Below, in pieces: positions 13,730-27,532 of a stretch of DNA of 64,000 bases; the stretch's first letter is position 1; each line of letters begins with the position of its first letter. The stretch comes from Octopus sinensis (taxonomy: Eukaryota). The stretch spans positions 5,146,001 through 5,210,000 of the forward strand of contig NC_043014.1 of NCBI RefSeq assembly GCF_006345805.1. The letters are read 5' to 3'. Made by a program: the position numbers and the translations under genes. Under the pieces are notes generated by a model. That model ran no database searches, was not told the DNA's origin, and saw only the letters and a program-made list of their open reading frames with translations.

Positions 13730-13977
13730 ACATGTCATAAGTCTGCATACAAATGTTTCAGTAGGAGAATGGGGCTCGTGGGGTCGGAGCGTAAGCCATC
13801 TCTCTGCTTCATCTCACGTGTGTATTTCGTCCTTGTTGTATCTCATTCGATTTCATTCGATTTCATTATATTTTGTAAAATTTTAAGAGTCATATAATCA
13901 TTGTGTGTCTGACCCCAATCAGGCTGTATTGTCCCCCTCTATGTTTGGGCCCATGTGGCTAATAAAGAAATTGGATG

Positions 13978-14300
13978 TAGAGGGTTTGTTGGACACAGCG
14001 TGAGACGACTGTTGTTATCGCTAGGCCTAACTCATCGTAAAGTCAATACCATCATGACTGATATCCAATCTACAGTGGAGAAGGCTAGCCACTGGATTTG
14101 GTTAAAAAGAGACGATGAGCGATGGCTAAAAGTATATTGAGTTCTTCATAACCAGCTGATCTAGCAAGCGGAGCCTCATATCAGTGCGCATTGATGCCGT
14201 CGAGAGGTAGGCCCCGAAACGGCGCGCAATCTCTCCTGATGACCCCATACACTTGCTAGCTTCCGGTATACGGAGCTTTTAACTGGTAGCACTTGCATGT
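13978..14300 (+). mobile_element. HERO-like element, RLE C-terminus and 3' UTR (right part)
   Basis: CRGFVGHSVRRLL...VEKASHWIWLKR completes the interrupted EVG-CRGF motif; stop at 14140. Confidence 0.85.
14161..14259 (+). ncRNA. Hammerhead-like ribozyme with non-circularly permuted strand order
   Basis: GCCGTC-GAGAG (14196-14206), GAAA-CGGC (14216-14223) and CTCTC-CTGATGA (14231-14242); stems I and III pair; enclosed by CTAGCAAG/CTTGCTAG; stem II non-canonical. Confidence 0.65.
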
Positions 14301-15992
14301 GCAAGTTGTTTGCAAGACATCTAAGACCTTGTGGTAGGGAACCACTGACAAACCGGAAAGACGGTTAGGCATCTTGGAAAGACAAGAGGACTGCTCGGAA
14401 AGACGAGCGGACAATAGGAAAGACTATCGACACCAGGAAAGACTGGTGGAGGCTGCGGACTTACGATCCTCGCCTTTGTAATATATTGTAACAGATATGA
14501 ATGGATATGACAGCCCCGATCGACCGAGAGGGGAGAATCGAGAATCAATCAAACCCAGTCAGCACGGAATGACCTTGAAACGAGTGCGGTTATTCATTCG
14601 AACAGCGAACGAAATGCAAACAACTTTGGATGCAAGCTGTGCTGTAGAACCTTTGCAACTGTGAGAGGCTTGAAGATACATCAGGGAAAGACTTGTGAGA
14701 AGAGGACAGAGCAGTGTGGATCGTCAGATCGTAAAACACGTGGCAAATCATCCCCGGACTCAAACCACAGCAGATCGATAAATGCTACAGCAGAGACCTT
14801 TTCGCGTGATGAAACTACAAGTCATGAAACTGGTGCATCGGATAATACTCAGAGGAAACCGAGGGTTTTGTGGCTTGCTGCTAATGAGAAAGTGAAATAT
14901 AAAGAGTTTGAAAACAAGGTTTGTCGGGCTCTTTATAAAATGACAGACTCTACAGTGGAGAAACTGGGCAAATTATCAAGCTCAGTATACGATATAGGAA
15001 AAGATTTATTTGGAATAAAAGAGAATATCCGGCTAGAGAAAGGAAAGTGTGGACCAAGCAGGAGGATCAGAAAAATGCAGCAGTTGAGGAAGGAAAAGTC
15101 CGACTTAAGAAAGCGATGGAGATGTGCTGCACTAGATGAGAAACCTGGCCTTGCGCTACTGTATAACGATTTGAAGAGGAAATGTCGTTATGTGCAACGA
15201 CATATCCGCCGATATGAGCGTCGAAAGAAAGAAAGTAAAAGGACTCGGGGTCAGTTTCTGAAGGACCCTTACGGGTTTACTAAGAAGCTATTCACTGAAC
15301 CGAAGAGTGGCACTTTATCGTGCACTAAAGAAGAATTGGATGCTCATATCAAGGATACCTACAAGGCAAGATCTTTATGGGATTCTGTCGAGGAGAACAG
15401 TGGCATAGTTTACACAAATTACTAATAACAGCCATGGACCACTTCCACATTCCAGACAAAGTGATCAAAATAATGAGGATGTACTATGACAGTTTCGAAA
15501 TGAGATTTACGACTGGAAATTTTACAACAAATTGGCACCGATTGGAAGTTGGCATTGCTGCTGGCTGTACGATATCTGTCACGTGGTTTATCTTAGTCAT
15601 GGAGTTGATTTTGGAAGGTGTAGATTTTTCGGAACAAATCGCCCATGTACAATTGCCTAAGAAAGCCTTCATGGATGACGTGACACTTCTAGCTACAGAT
15701 AAAAAAATCATGCAGAATGCCCTCTTGAGATTAGACGAACTTGTAAGTTGGTCAAGGACGCGATTTAGAGCAAAAAAGTCGCGTAGTCTGACATTTGTTA
15801 GGGAGTGCAGAAAGAATTTAAGTTTCGAATATCTGAAGAAAGCATTCCAACAGTCAAGGAAGAACCCGTCAAGAGCTTGGAACGAGTATACGCTGGAACA
15901 TTGTCAGACAGAAGTCGTGGGATTGAAATTATGAAACAGGCCGAGGCTGGGTTATCAGCGATTGATAATTCGAAGTTTCCAGGTAAATATAA
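14301..15992 (+). mobile_element. Second HERO-like copy: 5' UTR, N-terminal zinc finger, internally deleted RT
   Basis: CKLCCRTFATVRGLKIHQGKTC, FLKDPYGFTKKL, LEVGIAAGCTIS, KAFMDDV, IDNSKFPGKYK. Confidence 0.85.
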
Positions 15993-17191
15993 AATTGATG
16001 TTTGTGACAGCACATAAGATCTCCTCAGCAGGATCAATGACTGTAACAACACTTGTGACCTGACAGGATCTATGGTGGGTAGCATGGATGTGGTATCCCT
16101 ATACCCATCGATTGACGTAGATTTTGCGGTGGAGAAGTGCGTGGAGATGATCAACGAGAGCCAGGTGGAGTTCCGTAATGTCAACACAGAAGAACTGGGC
16201 CTCCTACTTACACTGACATGTAATAATGAATACTTAGATAAGCATAATCTTAGTAGTTTCTGCCCCAGTCGATGTTTAAAGAGGTAGACCGCCCACATTA
16301 CTTCTATGGCTAGGAAGACACATATAGAAAGGTGCGCGGATGGACCAGAGCCATACGAGCCCTGCAAATGTCCATCAGGTAAAGAAAATGATCGCACATG
16401 CACTAGGAGCTAGTATAAGAGTTACCCTAAAGGCCACACGTTTAAGTTTAATAATAAATATATGCCTAGGACGAGGGGGCAGCCATCGGCGTTAGTATCG
16501 CTGGTGATGGGGCCAACCTTTTCATGGTATGGTTGGACAGAAGGCTTAAAGAACGCCTAACACAGAACTCCATACTCGTAAACATGTATCTCGCTATGTT
16601 GATGATATCAACATAGTGGTAAAGGCACCCCCACAAGAGAGTAATGTTGATATAGTAATAGAAACTAATACTATGGAGAACATCCCGCAAATAGATAACT
16701 CCATCCACCAGAGTATTAAGGTTACAATAGACTACCCCACTAAGCCACCAACCATAGACTACCATACTAGACACTGAACTCTGGCTAGAATTGTGAATAA
16801 TAAAACCCCAAATCCTTCATTCATACTATGCCAAACCTATGGCCTCAAAATACTTGATCCACCGAAACTCAGCCATTGCGGGCAATGCCAAATTCAATAT
16901 TTTGATGGCAGACCTCGTCAGAATAATGAGAAATGTGTCACGCATGTGCGAGCCTACATAGTTAAAGAAACCTACGATATTTCATTCACCGCATGCAGTT
17001 CTCAGGTTACGCCAGAAAGAAAGGATCAGAGTATACAAAGGTGCTATGAAGAAATTTGATAATATATTATGTAATGATAGGGATTGGATTTGCCCACTCT
17101 ATAGGAACAAGTCATGGAACACTATAGAAGGACAAAGAAAATAGGGAAGGCCAACTCTTGGTATGATAACCATAATACCAGAGTGTCCATG
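15993..17191 (+). mobile_element. Penelope-like RT fragment
   Basis: GSMDVVSLYPSID, GAAIGVSIAGDGANLFMVWLD and RYVDD; frameshifted; runs into the gap. Confidence 0.8.
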
Positions 17192-17291
17192 NNNNNNNNN
17201 NNNNNNNNNNNNNNNNNNNNNNNNNNNNNNNNNNNNNNNNNNNNNNNNNNNNNNNNNNNNNNNNNNNNNNNNNNNNNNNNNNNNNNNNNNN
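17192..17291. other. Assembly gap (100 N)
   Basis: Run of N. Confidence 1.
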
Positions 17292-17420
17292 TTGTTTCTT
17301 TTTGATATGAAACAGTTTCTAGTCCTGTAGAAGCTATTCTATAAAATAAATTAAGTTACTCTGCTATGTATTGAGTACCTTATGTACTGTGGTTAACCCC
17401 GACTCAACCCGGGCCTACAT
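17292..17420 (+). mobile_element. Penelope-like terminal repeat with the 3' half of a hammerhead
   Basis: Homologous to 47659-47782; ends in (TA)n. Confidence 0.65.
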
Positions 17421-17484
17421 ATATATATAATATATAATATATATATGTATATATCTATATTAGATATATATATATGTCTTGATG

Positions 17485-17745
17485 TGGAGGCGCAGTGGCC
17501 CAAGGTTAGGGCAGCGGTGTCTCATGGTTGCCGGATCGCGGTTTCGATCCCAGACTGGGCGTTGTGAGTGTTTAATGCTGCACGAAGATCAGTGTGTGTT
17601 TGGGTGTTGTGATCACTCTTTTTCTGTTGGCCCCGCTCGCTTAGCCAGCAGGGTGGCGTCATTGAAGGTTAAACAATGCGAAGCGCATATGTGACCATCG
17701 ATTATGTAGAAAACAACTGATAGCCTATCTTTAACGGTGATCACG
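17485..17745 (+). mobile_element. tRNA-derived SINE (family 2)
   Basis: TGGAGGCGCAGTGGCCC...GGTTTCGATCCC A/B boxes; copies at 33084, 47865 and 59390-59663 (-). Confidence 0.75.
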
Positions 17746-18664
17746 GAGATATATGCATCATACGCCACACAATACACGCACACACACACGCATCCACCAC
17801 GTAAATACACACACACCAGCACGGATGTTCCCACATATACCTTAACGAACAATACTCATACAGATACGCACACACTTATACACACATGGGCACAGACACA
17901 AGCACATACACTTACTTAGCGCACACACGCACACAAGCACACGCACGCACCTACGCCACACACTTAAAAAAACCCTCACACCAGCATGCATATATATGTT
18001 AACACAAACGCACGTTACTCACCACACAAACTCTACGCATACCACACACATACACACCGATACATATTACATACACGCAATATGCCCACACGCGCACCAC
18101 ACAAATACACATCAGGATACACCATATAGACACAGACAAACACAACACACACGCAAAAAACATTCGCACACACACCACACACACGAAGCACACACCGAAA
18201 ACTCACATCCACGGATACAGGTATATACAACCATATATACGCTTACTCACACACATACAAAACGCACGTGTACGCGCACACACAGCTACAAAACATGTGA
18301 GAGCATTGCACATACTACACACACATAAATGAACCCACACATACATCCCATACACACGGCACACAAATATACAAACACGACACACAATTATACAGACATG
18401 TATGCACACAAACGCACATTATATTCGCCACACACGCAAACTCTACGCATACACACACACACCAAACACACATGTGTCATCATTGCACACATACACACAT
18501 ACACACAACACGCACACATACAGAAAGTAAACCAAGTATTCGCCAAACACCCTAACTCTACGCCTACACACACGAACACACACATACATAACACACACAC
18601 ACACTTCAAAAAAAACAACACACGATACATATACATACACGCACACACCACACATACTTCAAAC

Positions 18665-19180
18665 TAGCAGTACCTACTACTTGACCTGGGGTAGAGACAA
18701 AAGAGCAACGCCCAATTGCTCTTCCTTGACCTTAACACTACTAACCCTACAACACGCAAAAGTTTACCGCCAACCACACACAATACAAACACACACACAC
18801 ACACACACATACACACACGTGTCATCATTGCACACATACGCACCATACACCCCACACACGGACATGCAGACCTACGATCACGCACATATCCCACTTACAC
18901 ACACATTCCTCCTCCTCTCACCACTCTCCTGCCTTTGAAAGAACTTTTCTTCCCCAATTTTCTTCCGAGTCTTCCGGTCATTCAAAATGTGACGGCGTGT
19001 GTACCGTTGCGATTTTTTTCCTCTGTCTCCTCCTCGTATGTTTCGACGAAGAGCTCTGCTCGAAACGTTAAACCCTCCGCCTTCCCTTCTTTCCTAAGCG
19101 TCAAATAATACTATTATTTGTTCCCACGCCTCGCATTGTTGTGTTTTTTAGTGCTTTCATGTTTAGATTAAATTTAACTA
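18665..19180 (+). mobile_element. Penelope-like 3' end with degenerate minimal hammerhead
   Basis: TCGACGA-AGAGC-TCT-GCTC-GAAACGTTA at 19043-19070; copies near 34310, 49205 and 60745. Confidence 0.5.
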
Positions 19181-19228
19181 TAAATATACATGTGTGAGTG
19201 TATATATATATATATATGTGTAGAAATA

Positions 19229-19273
<45 letters not shown>

Positions 19274-19277
<4 letters not shown>

Positions 19278-20230
19278 GAAGACATACCCGGCATTGCTGG
19301 GGATAAAAACGGGAAAGTTGGTATATAATATATTGCAGTCATTTTGAAACAGGTGATATTGGAAAGTGCAACATGACAACCAAAACATTTGTAGAGTAAA
19401 TGCTGGGCTAATTCGACTAAGCAACATGCTATGCGTCCGTTTGGAGTGTTTCAGGCCCTAACCTGTCATGCAAAATTGGAGGTGGGGTTTGTGTGATTTT
19501 TGCACCGAAATGCTGTCAGTGGATATACTCTCCTTTGCAGCAGTGTGCGCTGTGTCGAACACGGCCCATCATCGGAAATTTTGACACTTCACGTCGGGTT
19601 TGTTGTCCTACATCACTCATAGAGTAAATTTAGAGGAACTGTGGTTGTTCATTTGCGGGTATCAGGGAACCAATGAGGGGATAGACTTGCCCTTGAACTT
19701 TGACGTCGGCGTAAATTCATGTTTATCTATCTTCTTAGATTCACCAAACGATGTCATTTGAAATGCAGAGTTGTATTGTCTGATATTGTTCAAGAAGTCA
19801 TTTGACTGAATTGAAGCGCCTTCTAGAAGATTCCTAAGGGGTTGACATGGTTGTGTTGGCAATGATACCTGTCCGAATATGTTGTTATCTATTGCATTGT
19901 TTAAGTTCGAAACGATAATAAATATCCTGAAGTTCTATTTATATGATGCTATTTCTATTTTTTCAAAGAACCGTTTCATCTCCAAGAAATCTCTCGACAT
20001 AACCTGATGACACACCAAGTAAGAACTAATTTTATGGCTAAAGTCTTTTACCCGTGACTCATTAACTAATGATTTATAATTTCACCAACTTTGAATTAAT
20101 TCCACATTAACTATCCATATGTCCACAATAATATATACTAAAACACTTGCCTGAATTTATTTTAAACTATGTTCTACTTTACAATAATTTCCTAAATAAA
20201 ATGTTATTCTTATATACTATGCCTTTTATT
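19274..20230 (-). mobile_element. Non-autonomous Helitron
   Basis: ORF 19662-19862 FLNNIRQYNSAFQMTSFG; subterminal hairpin CCCAGCAATGCCGGG. Confidence 0.75.
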
Positions 20231-20249
20231 GTGTGTATATGAGTATATA

Positions 20250-22080
20250 TGCAGTGCTATGTCGATAATTGTACCAAGCCCTCTTCACAAATACAATCAT
20301 TTGAACATCCATATAAGTATTTTATGGCAACCAGTATTTACCCATTAAACTCACCTTCCTGGTAAACCATCCGCAACATGCCCCAGGGCACGTGATCTTG
20401 AGCCTTTCCGTGGTTTACAGCGTATAAACCTTGGAAATAATTCAATGTTTGCTGGAAGATCAGTCTTGAACGAATCTCTGGTCGGGTGTACTTCGTCCAG
20501 GACGGTAATCTTGGGCGCGACAATTTCCCTACATATCTTTTCCTGACATTTTGTGTAGACTTTTCTATAATTAGAATATACTCTTTGGTCTCAATTTGAA
20601 AAGATTATGATTGTCACCCCATATTACCATTGCCTTGGTGTTTTTTCCAGAGGTCTCATCCACCTACCATACATGGGTCACTCAGAGAATACCATCTGTA
20701 TTTAAAGTTTCGAAAATATCAAGCCGAACGTGCTTTTCACCAGCAGCTTTATCACTTTTAAGTGAGTTTAGATCAAATAAGCCTTCAAACGAAGAAGAAC
20801 CTGCCGAAAACATAATACAATCACGAATCCATTTCGAGGTCCAACTTCATTCAGGCGGGTCACTCTCAATTTGGATGCAAATGTCTCCACATTTTCGTTC
20901 TGATTCCAGCATCCACTGCGGCTTCCAACTGTATTCTGTAGGTCGCACTAGACTTACCAATTTCCAGTGTTCTGCAGACTGTAGGAATTTTCAGGTTTTT
21001 AGACATTTAGGTAGTGACGAGTTGACAACTCCACCCTTCCTTTTACCCGAACGTTCAGCAAAGAGTGAAAGATGACCGAAATCTATCAGAAACCTCTGTC
21101 ACCAAGTATTTCTAAATCAGGCACCCTTATAAATATCCCTGTCTTCAAATAATATCTATACCATAGAGAGGAGAGTGTGTATCCTGCACAGAAAGCTGCT
21201 AAGACCTCTCCATTAAGTTCACTGACGACGTTCCTTCCAATCAATCCTTCTCACGGTTATCAGTGCCAAGGTGTGCACTGAAGTCTCCTTGCAGGACAAA
21301 TGACTTTACCCCAAATATATCTAAAGCTGAGGTGAATTTGCTTAGGAAGGATTTGTATTTGAATTCGCATTTTGCTGCATATACAAAGAGTACGCTAAGG
21401 GCCCGAAGGAATAGCCATACCGCATCATCCATCGAGTGGGATAAAAGCAGTTCCGTCCGGATCTTGATGGGAGGAGACGATTCGGAAAATATATTGCAGT
21501 CTCCACCCAACTCAATCTGAGATGCATTGGGATGGAATACAAAATATGCGTCTTCCAAACCCCGTAGCAGGTTCACAAGGGATCAACCGTTCATAATTGA
21601 GAATTAGACTGTCAAAACCGGACGATACAAAGCGCAACCTGTTATATATAATCGGTGTCTTCTCAAGAAAGCTTCGGTACTTCGGAAACGCACAATTGGA
21701 AGTAGGTTGGAAACTCCACTGTGCAAGTGTGGTGCCAACTATGTCTGCACAGGCGGAAGTGGGATGCTCACAATCCCTGGTTTTCAGATTGGATTATGGA
21801 GTAAATCCCACTAGGTATTAAGGGATACCTCCTGAAGCTCAAACAGAATGAAGGAGTGGTGTAGCTGCTGGAAGTAAATGCATCCAATAGCGAGGCCAAA
21901 TACAAATGCTTCCTTAACAAAGTCACTGCATCTTTGGATATATTTGGGGTAAAGTCATTCGTCTTACAAGGAGACTTCCGTGCACACTTTTGCGCTGATA
22001 ACCGCAAGAAGTATTGATTGGGTGGAATCGCCTCACACACATAATTGGGGTGGCCATACTAGTCTTCTGGAAGGAAACGG
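20250..22080 (-). mobile_element. Degenerate RTE-clade LINE with internal duplication
   Basis: VYAAK...[14 protein letters not shown]; followed by an oppositely oriented second endonuclease piece at ~21410-22050. Confidence 0.7.
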
Positions 22081-22222
22081 ACTCTCTTCGCGCCAAACAC
22101 CAAGCTGATATTCGTAAATGGCCAATCAGGTGCCAAGAATTGATAATATTGCCAACATATCTATAAAAGAAGAACTTAATCATTTTTATTGTCGCAAATA
22201 TATATAAATGTACATATATATG

Positions 22223-22790
<568 letters not shown>

Positions 22791-22893
22791 AAAAGAGTAA
22801 ATATATATATCTTTACTCTTTTTTTCTTTTACTCTTTATATATATATATATATACTCACATCTAAATAAAAGTAAAAGAAAAAAAGAGTAAAG

Positions 22894-22938
<45 letters not shown>

Positions 22939-22952
22939 TCCCTAATATTTAT

Positions 22953-23000
<48 letters not shown>

Positions 23001-23328
23001 TCACATCCAAGTTCAACTACAAAACAAACATCCGTTTTTAAGGGAGCCAAATACACATTCTGATATTCTGAGATTAATCTCTCAATTCGTTGACATCAAC
23101 GTCAACAACAGGCTCAATAGACAAATGACTAATTTTCTTCGTTTAAAATTTATTCTTAGCGAATCATTTACTTCTTTCATTCTGATTTTTATTCATTCAC
23201 TCATTCTTTTTCTCTTAAATTCTAAATTTCTCTCCTCTCTATCAATTCCTTCCAAGCCAACAACTTCCTTTGTATAGGATTCAAGAATTCTTTTTTTTAA
23301 ACTAAATTATTTCATTTTAATTTCACAG

Positions 23329-23403
23329 AACCCGGTCCCGGATCATAGTATACCCGGTGGGGCAGAACAAGTTGTCCTCCTTATTCAAACCTTGTATATG
23401 ACG
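23329..23403 (+). pseudogene. Paralogue B, 75-bp internal exon with nonsense codon
   Basis: cacag/gttagt boundaries; TTG (Leu) in the other copies is TAG at 23346-23348. Confidence 0.9.
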
Positions 23404-24094
23404 GTTAGTATAAACTATACTTCTGTTCACTCTTTCTCATTTTGTCTTTCTCTTCTTCTCTTTTTATTCCTCTCATTTTCTCTTTCTGTCGCCCCCTCTC
23501 TTTCCGTTTCTCTCACGCACACTCAAGCAAATCATGTGATATATCACGTTTGTAACGATACCTATAGACCCTACAGAGACTGCACAAGATTGCTTACTCC
23601 TTTGTAGGTATTTGGTCAAATCAGAATTTAAATGTGGTCTAATATGGACCAGGTGAAAAGGATGTTGTCTAACCTCAGAATATAGATATCTCTACGTTAA
23701 ATTATAGATAGGGACTAGACTGGAATCCAGTGTAGCGATCAAGAACTCCTGGCTGTCTTGTATGGAGTGTAGATATCAAATACCGAGTCTGCTAACTGGT
23801 GATCAAGTGTACTGGCTACGGCTGGTGGTATTGTACGTGAGTGACCAGAGCTTAAATGTGGCCACTTGACTATCATTAACTAGAGTGTCTATTGATTGTA
23901 GTTATAGACTACATTGAACAAGGTCTCTTAGCATTGATGAATGAATGTTTGTGGTTAATGAAATGAACGCAGAATGTACAATGTGGACTGGACAGACCAC
24001 ACACTGTAACTAATGGACAAAGCTAACTTAGGGTCGTATGTATTATGCAAAATGTGGAGGGATGAAGTACCACTGAGAGAACCCAAGTGAGTAC

Positions 24095-24760
24095 ATATTG
24101 CACTTCTATTCTTCTCCGCCTCACCAAAATCGTCCTATCCCTCAAACCTATCTCTTTTCATGCAACACCTCGCCTCATTAATTGTCCAGTGTATCTTTGT
24201 AAGGTAACACCGGCACATCCAATTCAAAGCTACTTCTTCCCACATCTTCTCCAACCAACCTCATATCCTTTGTGAATCTGCTCTCTATAAACCCTACACA
24301 TATCCTTTATTGGTCGCCTCTCCGCTGTCCATTCTTCTTAAACACTACGCCATCAATGAGCTTCAAAATTCACCCCACCTCAGTTCATGCTTTGCATGAA
24401 ATAAAATCTGTGTGATCATAATATTATAGTATGTGGTAGGCCCGTCTCGTGGTAGGGCTGACTCGTCCGAGACAAACCGATGGATATAGCCAGCCACACC
24501 CTTATGGTCGGCTAAACAGTATTTCGTCCCCTCTTACCCACCAGTTCTCTGCATCTCGCCGTCTCTCGTATTGTTCTACTCAAACCACATGCAATTCAGA
24601 TCACCAACAATTTTCCCGTTCAAACGTGAACGACATCTTTTCCATTTCGGGAAATCACGACCACATGCGTCACAAAATCCCTTTCCTTTCTCCGTTTATT
24701 GACCTCCACACACAAACATCTACCCCATGCAGTACACTTCTCAACCTCAAATACTTACCC
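24095..24760 (+). mobile_element. Degenerate Penelope-like RT fragment
   Basis: SILLRLTKIVLSLKPISF and HPYGRLNSISS...QFSASRRL resemble Penelope RT motifs. Confidence 0.55.
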
Positions 24761-25079
24761 GTACACACACACACGCATATACACAAACACACAAACACAC
24801 AGACACACACAAACACACGCAAACACACACACACACATAAAATCACACACACACACACACATGAAGAGAAGAGAAAGGCACAGCTGCAAACTCATGCGCA
24901 CTCCCATCCAGCAACACACAGCTTACACTCACATCAGCACTAACATATACACCACAATTCGTTCACACGTGACTAAACATGACTTCTTTTAAGGGTCAAA
25001 CTGTAATGAATTTTTCCGTTATTTCATATATAATTATGCTTAATATCTTTTTTACTTGATTTATTCTTACCAATTCTAG

Positions 25080-25574
25080 GTGTCGTTGGTGGACAAATGT
25101 ATGACCAGACAGGTGGCGGAAGTAATCTCTTGTCTACCCAACGATCCCATTTGGGACAATTATACTACAAAAGTTGAAAAAGGTGGTTACATTTATGGCA
25201 GTGAATATGAATTAGGCCACTACTCAAATAAACTCTTTTCTTTTGCTAACGCTAAATCACTTCATGATCACAACGTTCCGTGCGCTGTCTGTTTGACACG
25301 ACAACCTGCTGTTGTTATGATGTTACCAGCCAGGACAAAGTGTTACGACGGTTGGACAGCTGAGTATTCAGGATATTTGATGTCCGGTTATCACGGACAG
25401 AAGGGCAGACAAGAATATGTGTGTGTGGACTATGCACCAGAAGCTGATCCAGCGGGTTACAGAAACGATGATGGAGCTGTTTTATATTTCGTTCAGGCTG
25501 CTTGTGGTTCGTTGCCATGTCCACCGTATGTCAATGGTCAAGAATTATCCTGCGTTATGTGCAGTAAATATTGA
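25080..25574 (+). pseudogene. Paralogue B, terminal exon (short-chain collagen C4-like domain), frameshifted
   Basis: ttctag acceptor; GVVGGQMYDQTGGGSNL, then a 2-bp deletion near 25130-25133; CLPNDP...VPCAVC...CGSLPCPPY...CVMCSKY; AATAAA at 25621. Confidence 0.9.
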
Positions 25575-27056
25575 ACAGAAATTAAATTCGGTTCCATATG
25601 AAAATATGTCTGTGAATTTCAATAAATAACATAAAATTTTCAATTGTGTTACCTAATATTTTCTTCAAATTATGTCTATCGTTACAATAAACTGTTGTAC
25701 TAGTTTACAGAAGATATTCAAACAATACAAAAGAGGCGACGTAGAATGCCAGAAATATCCTCAAAATCAAGAAAAATATAAATCTGTCGGAATTATTCTA
25801 GAAAACATTTTGTAAGATTTCAGTTTATCAAACTTATCGTTGAAATAAAATGTTATTTTGTTTAACAGTATTTTGTCTTCTGTCTCATGATTCAACAAAC
25901 CCCAAATAAAGTACCACCATAGAATTATATCAACTTTTCATCTAATACTCGACGCTACTATCTCAGACATCTTGCTTTTGAAATTACAACTCGGAATCTG
26001 ACAATGACAAAGAACCACCATATTATTTAACTCAGAAAACACATGATCGCTTCAAAAACAAAAACCTATTACTTCCACACAATCCATTCTATTTGCCGTT
26101 ATTAATCAGGAAAGCTTTCCGATCCATTCCTACCCCATATCTTATAAAACCTATTTATCGTCTACTTTAGAAATATCACAAAATGTTCAATTTAAGCTTT
26201 CTGAGACTGTGGAATTTACACGATCAATCCCTCAAAAGACAGTATAAATGAGTATTGGTCCTGCCAACCTAAATCTATATCACAAAATTCCCACCTCTCT
26301 TCAAGATAAGATACAAAATGAAACTCGAAGAACACAACATACACATCATACACTAAATGCTGATATACAAGAATAAGAAATGAATTCAACCAGAGAAATT
26401 GCCTCATTTCAGCGACAGAGATCATCAAATACGACGATTTCTTTCACTCATCTACGTAAACATACCAGACTCGAAGAAAGGATGGATCCTAGAAGCTGAA
26501 TACATTTCATGCGAAACGAATACAACACACATAAAAGTGAGAGTAAAGAGAGCAAATATAGTCAGGGCAAGCACGGATGCTGTGTGTAAGAAGGCTGAGA
26601 TGTTGTGACCGTCACGTTATATCCAATAGGATTCATGACAGTATGTTGGAGGGTGTCGAATATTTGTTAGATAAACGAAGGGTTCGGTTAACAGCATCAA
26701 GCTGCAATAAAGATTAAAGATTATTAATGTTTACTATCCCACTATTATTAGCCTGATGGGTAAATCTGCATTCGCTTCTCTAGATTACAAATATTTTCTT
26801 GGTTGTAAATCGTAAACAATTGCAGAGAATACGGACGCTGGAAGATCTTCAAATTTTTCTTTTGATTCAACGGCATAATTAGATAGTTAAAACGACCGCC
26901 AAGTGTTTGAGCTGTACAGAGCATGCGCAGCTGCATATGCAACCCGCCATTACAATAGGAAAAATTATGGAACTTTGTTGAAATCTGACATGGCTGTAAG
27001 ATTTATTTTGTAGCTTATTTCAAATTAACCTTATTTCGAGGGCCAAACCGAGGGTG

Positions 27057-27114
<58 letters not shown>

Positions 27115-27469
27115 ATATATATATATATATATTAAATTTGGTCAAACTATATCTGAGGGGTCTAATATGCTTCATCTAAGAATATTTAATCATAACTATG
27201 GAATTCCGCCGTACATATGCAGTCCATACGGAAGGTGCACTTGCGAATTGAGTTTCGAATGGGAGACACTGTACCTGTATGTTTTGCTATGATTTATAAA
27301 ACAAGAAGAAAAGTATTCAAAGCTAGTGATAATGACTAGCTAAAAATATGTATGAATGTCATTATTCGGTTTTAATAGAATATTTCTGGCCAACAGAAAG
27401 AGAGACGGCTTCTAACTTAGTTCCAAGTATCTTTCATTGGAATTTTAACAACATGAACAGGATATTTTT

Positions 27470-27498
27470 GTATGTATGTATGCATGTATGCATGTATG

Positions 27499-27532
<34 letters not shown>

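Larger units (their letters stand above)
8967..13970 (+). mobile_element. Near full-length, degenerate Tx1/L1-clade LINE nested in the HERO-like element
   Basis: ORF1 with CCHC knuckle, ORF2 with APE, RT and C-terminal zinc motif; AATAAA at 13961; flanked by GAAGTCGGATG and GAAATTGGATG. Confidence 0.9.

Noticed and set aside
19040-19075. Minimal hammerhead copies (also ~34310, ~49205, ~60745) as active ribozymes
   Set aside because: All have YCGACGA instead of CUGANGA, and most have further lesions in stem II or GAAA
23346-23348. Rescue of the UAG in paralogue B by A-to-I editing
   Set aside because: The downstream frameshift would still disrupt the domain
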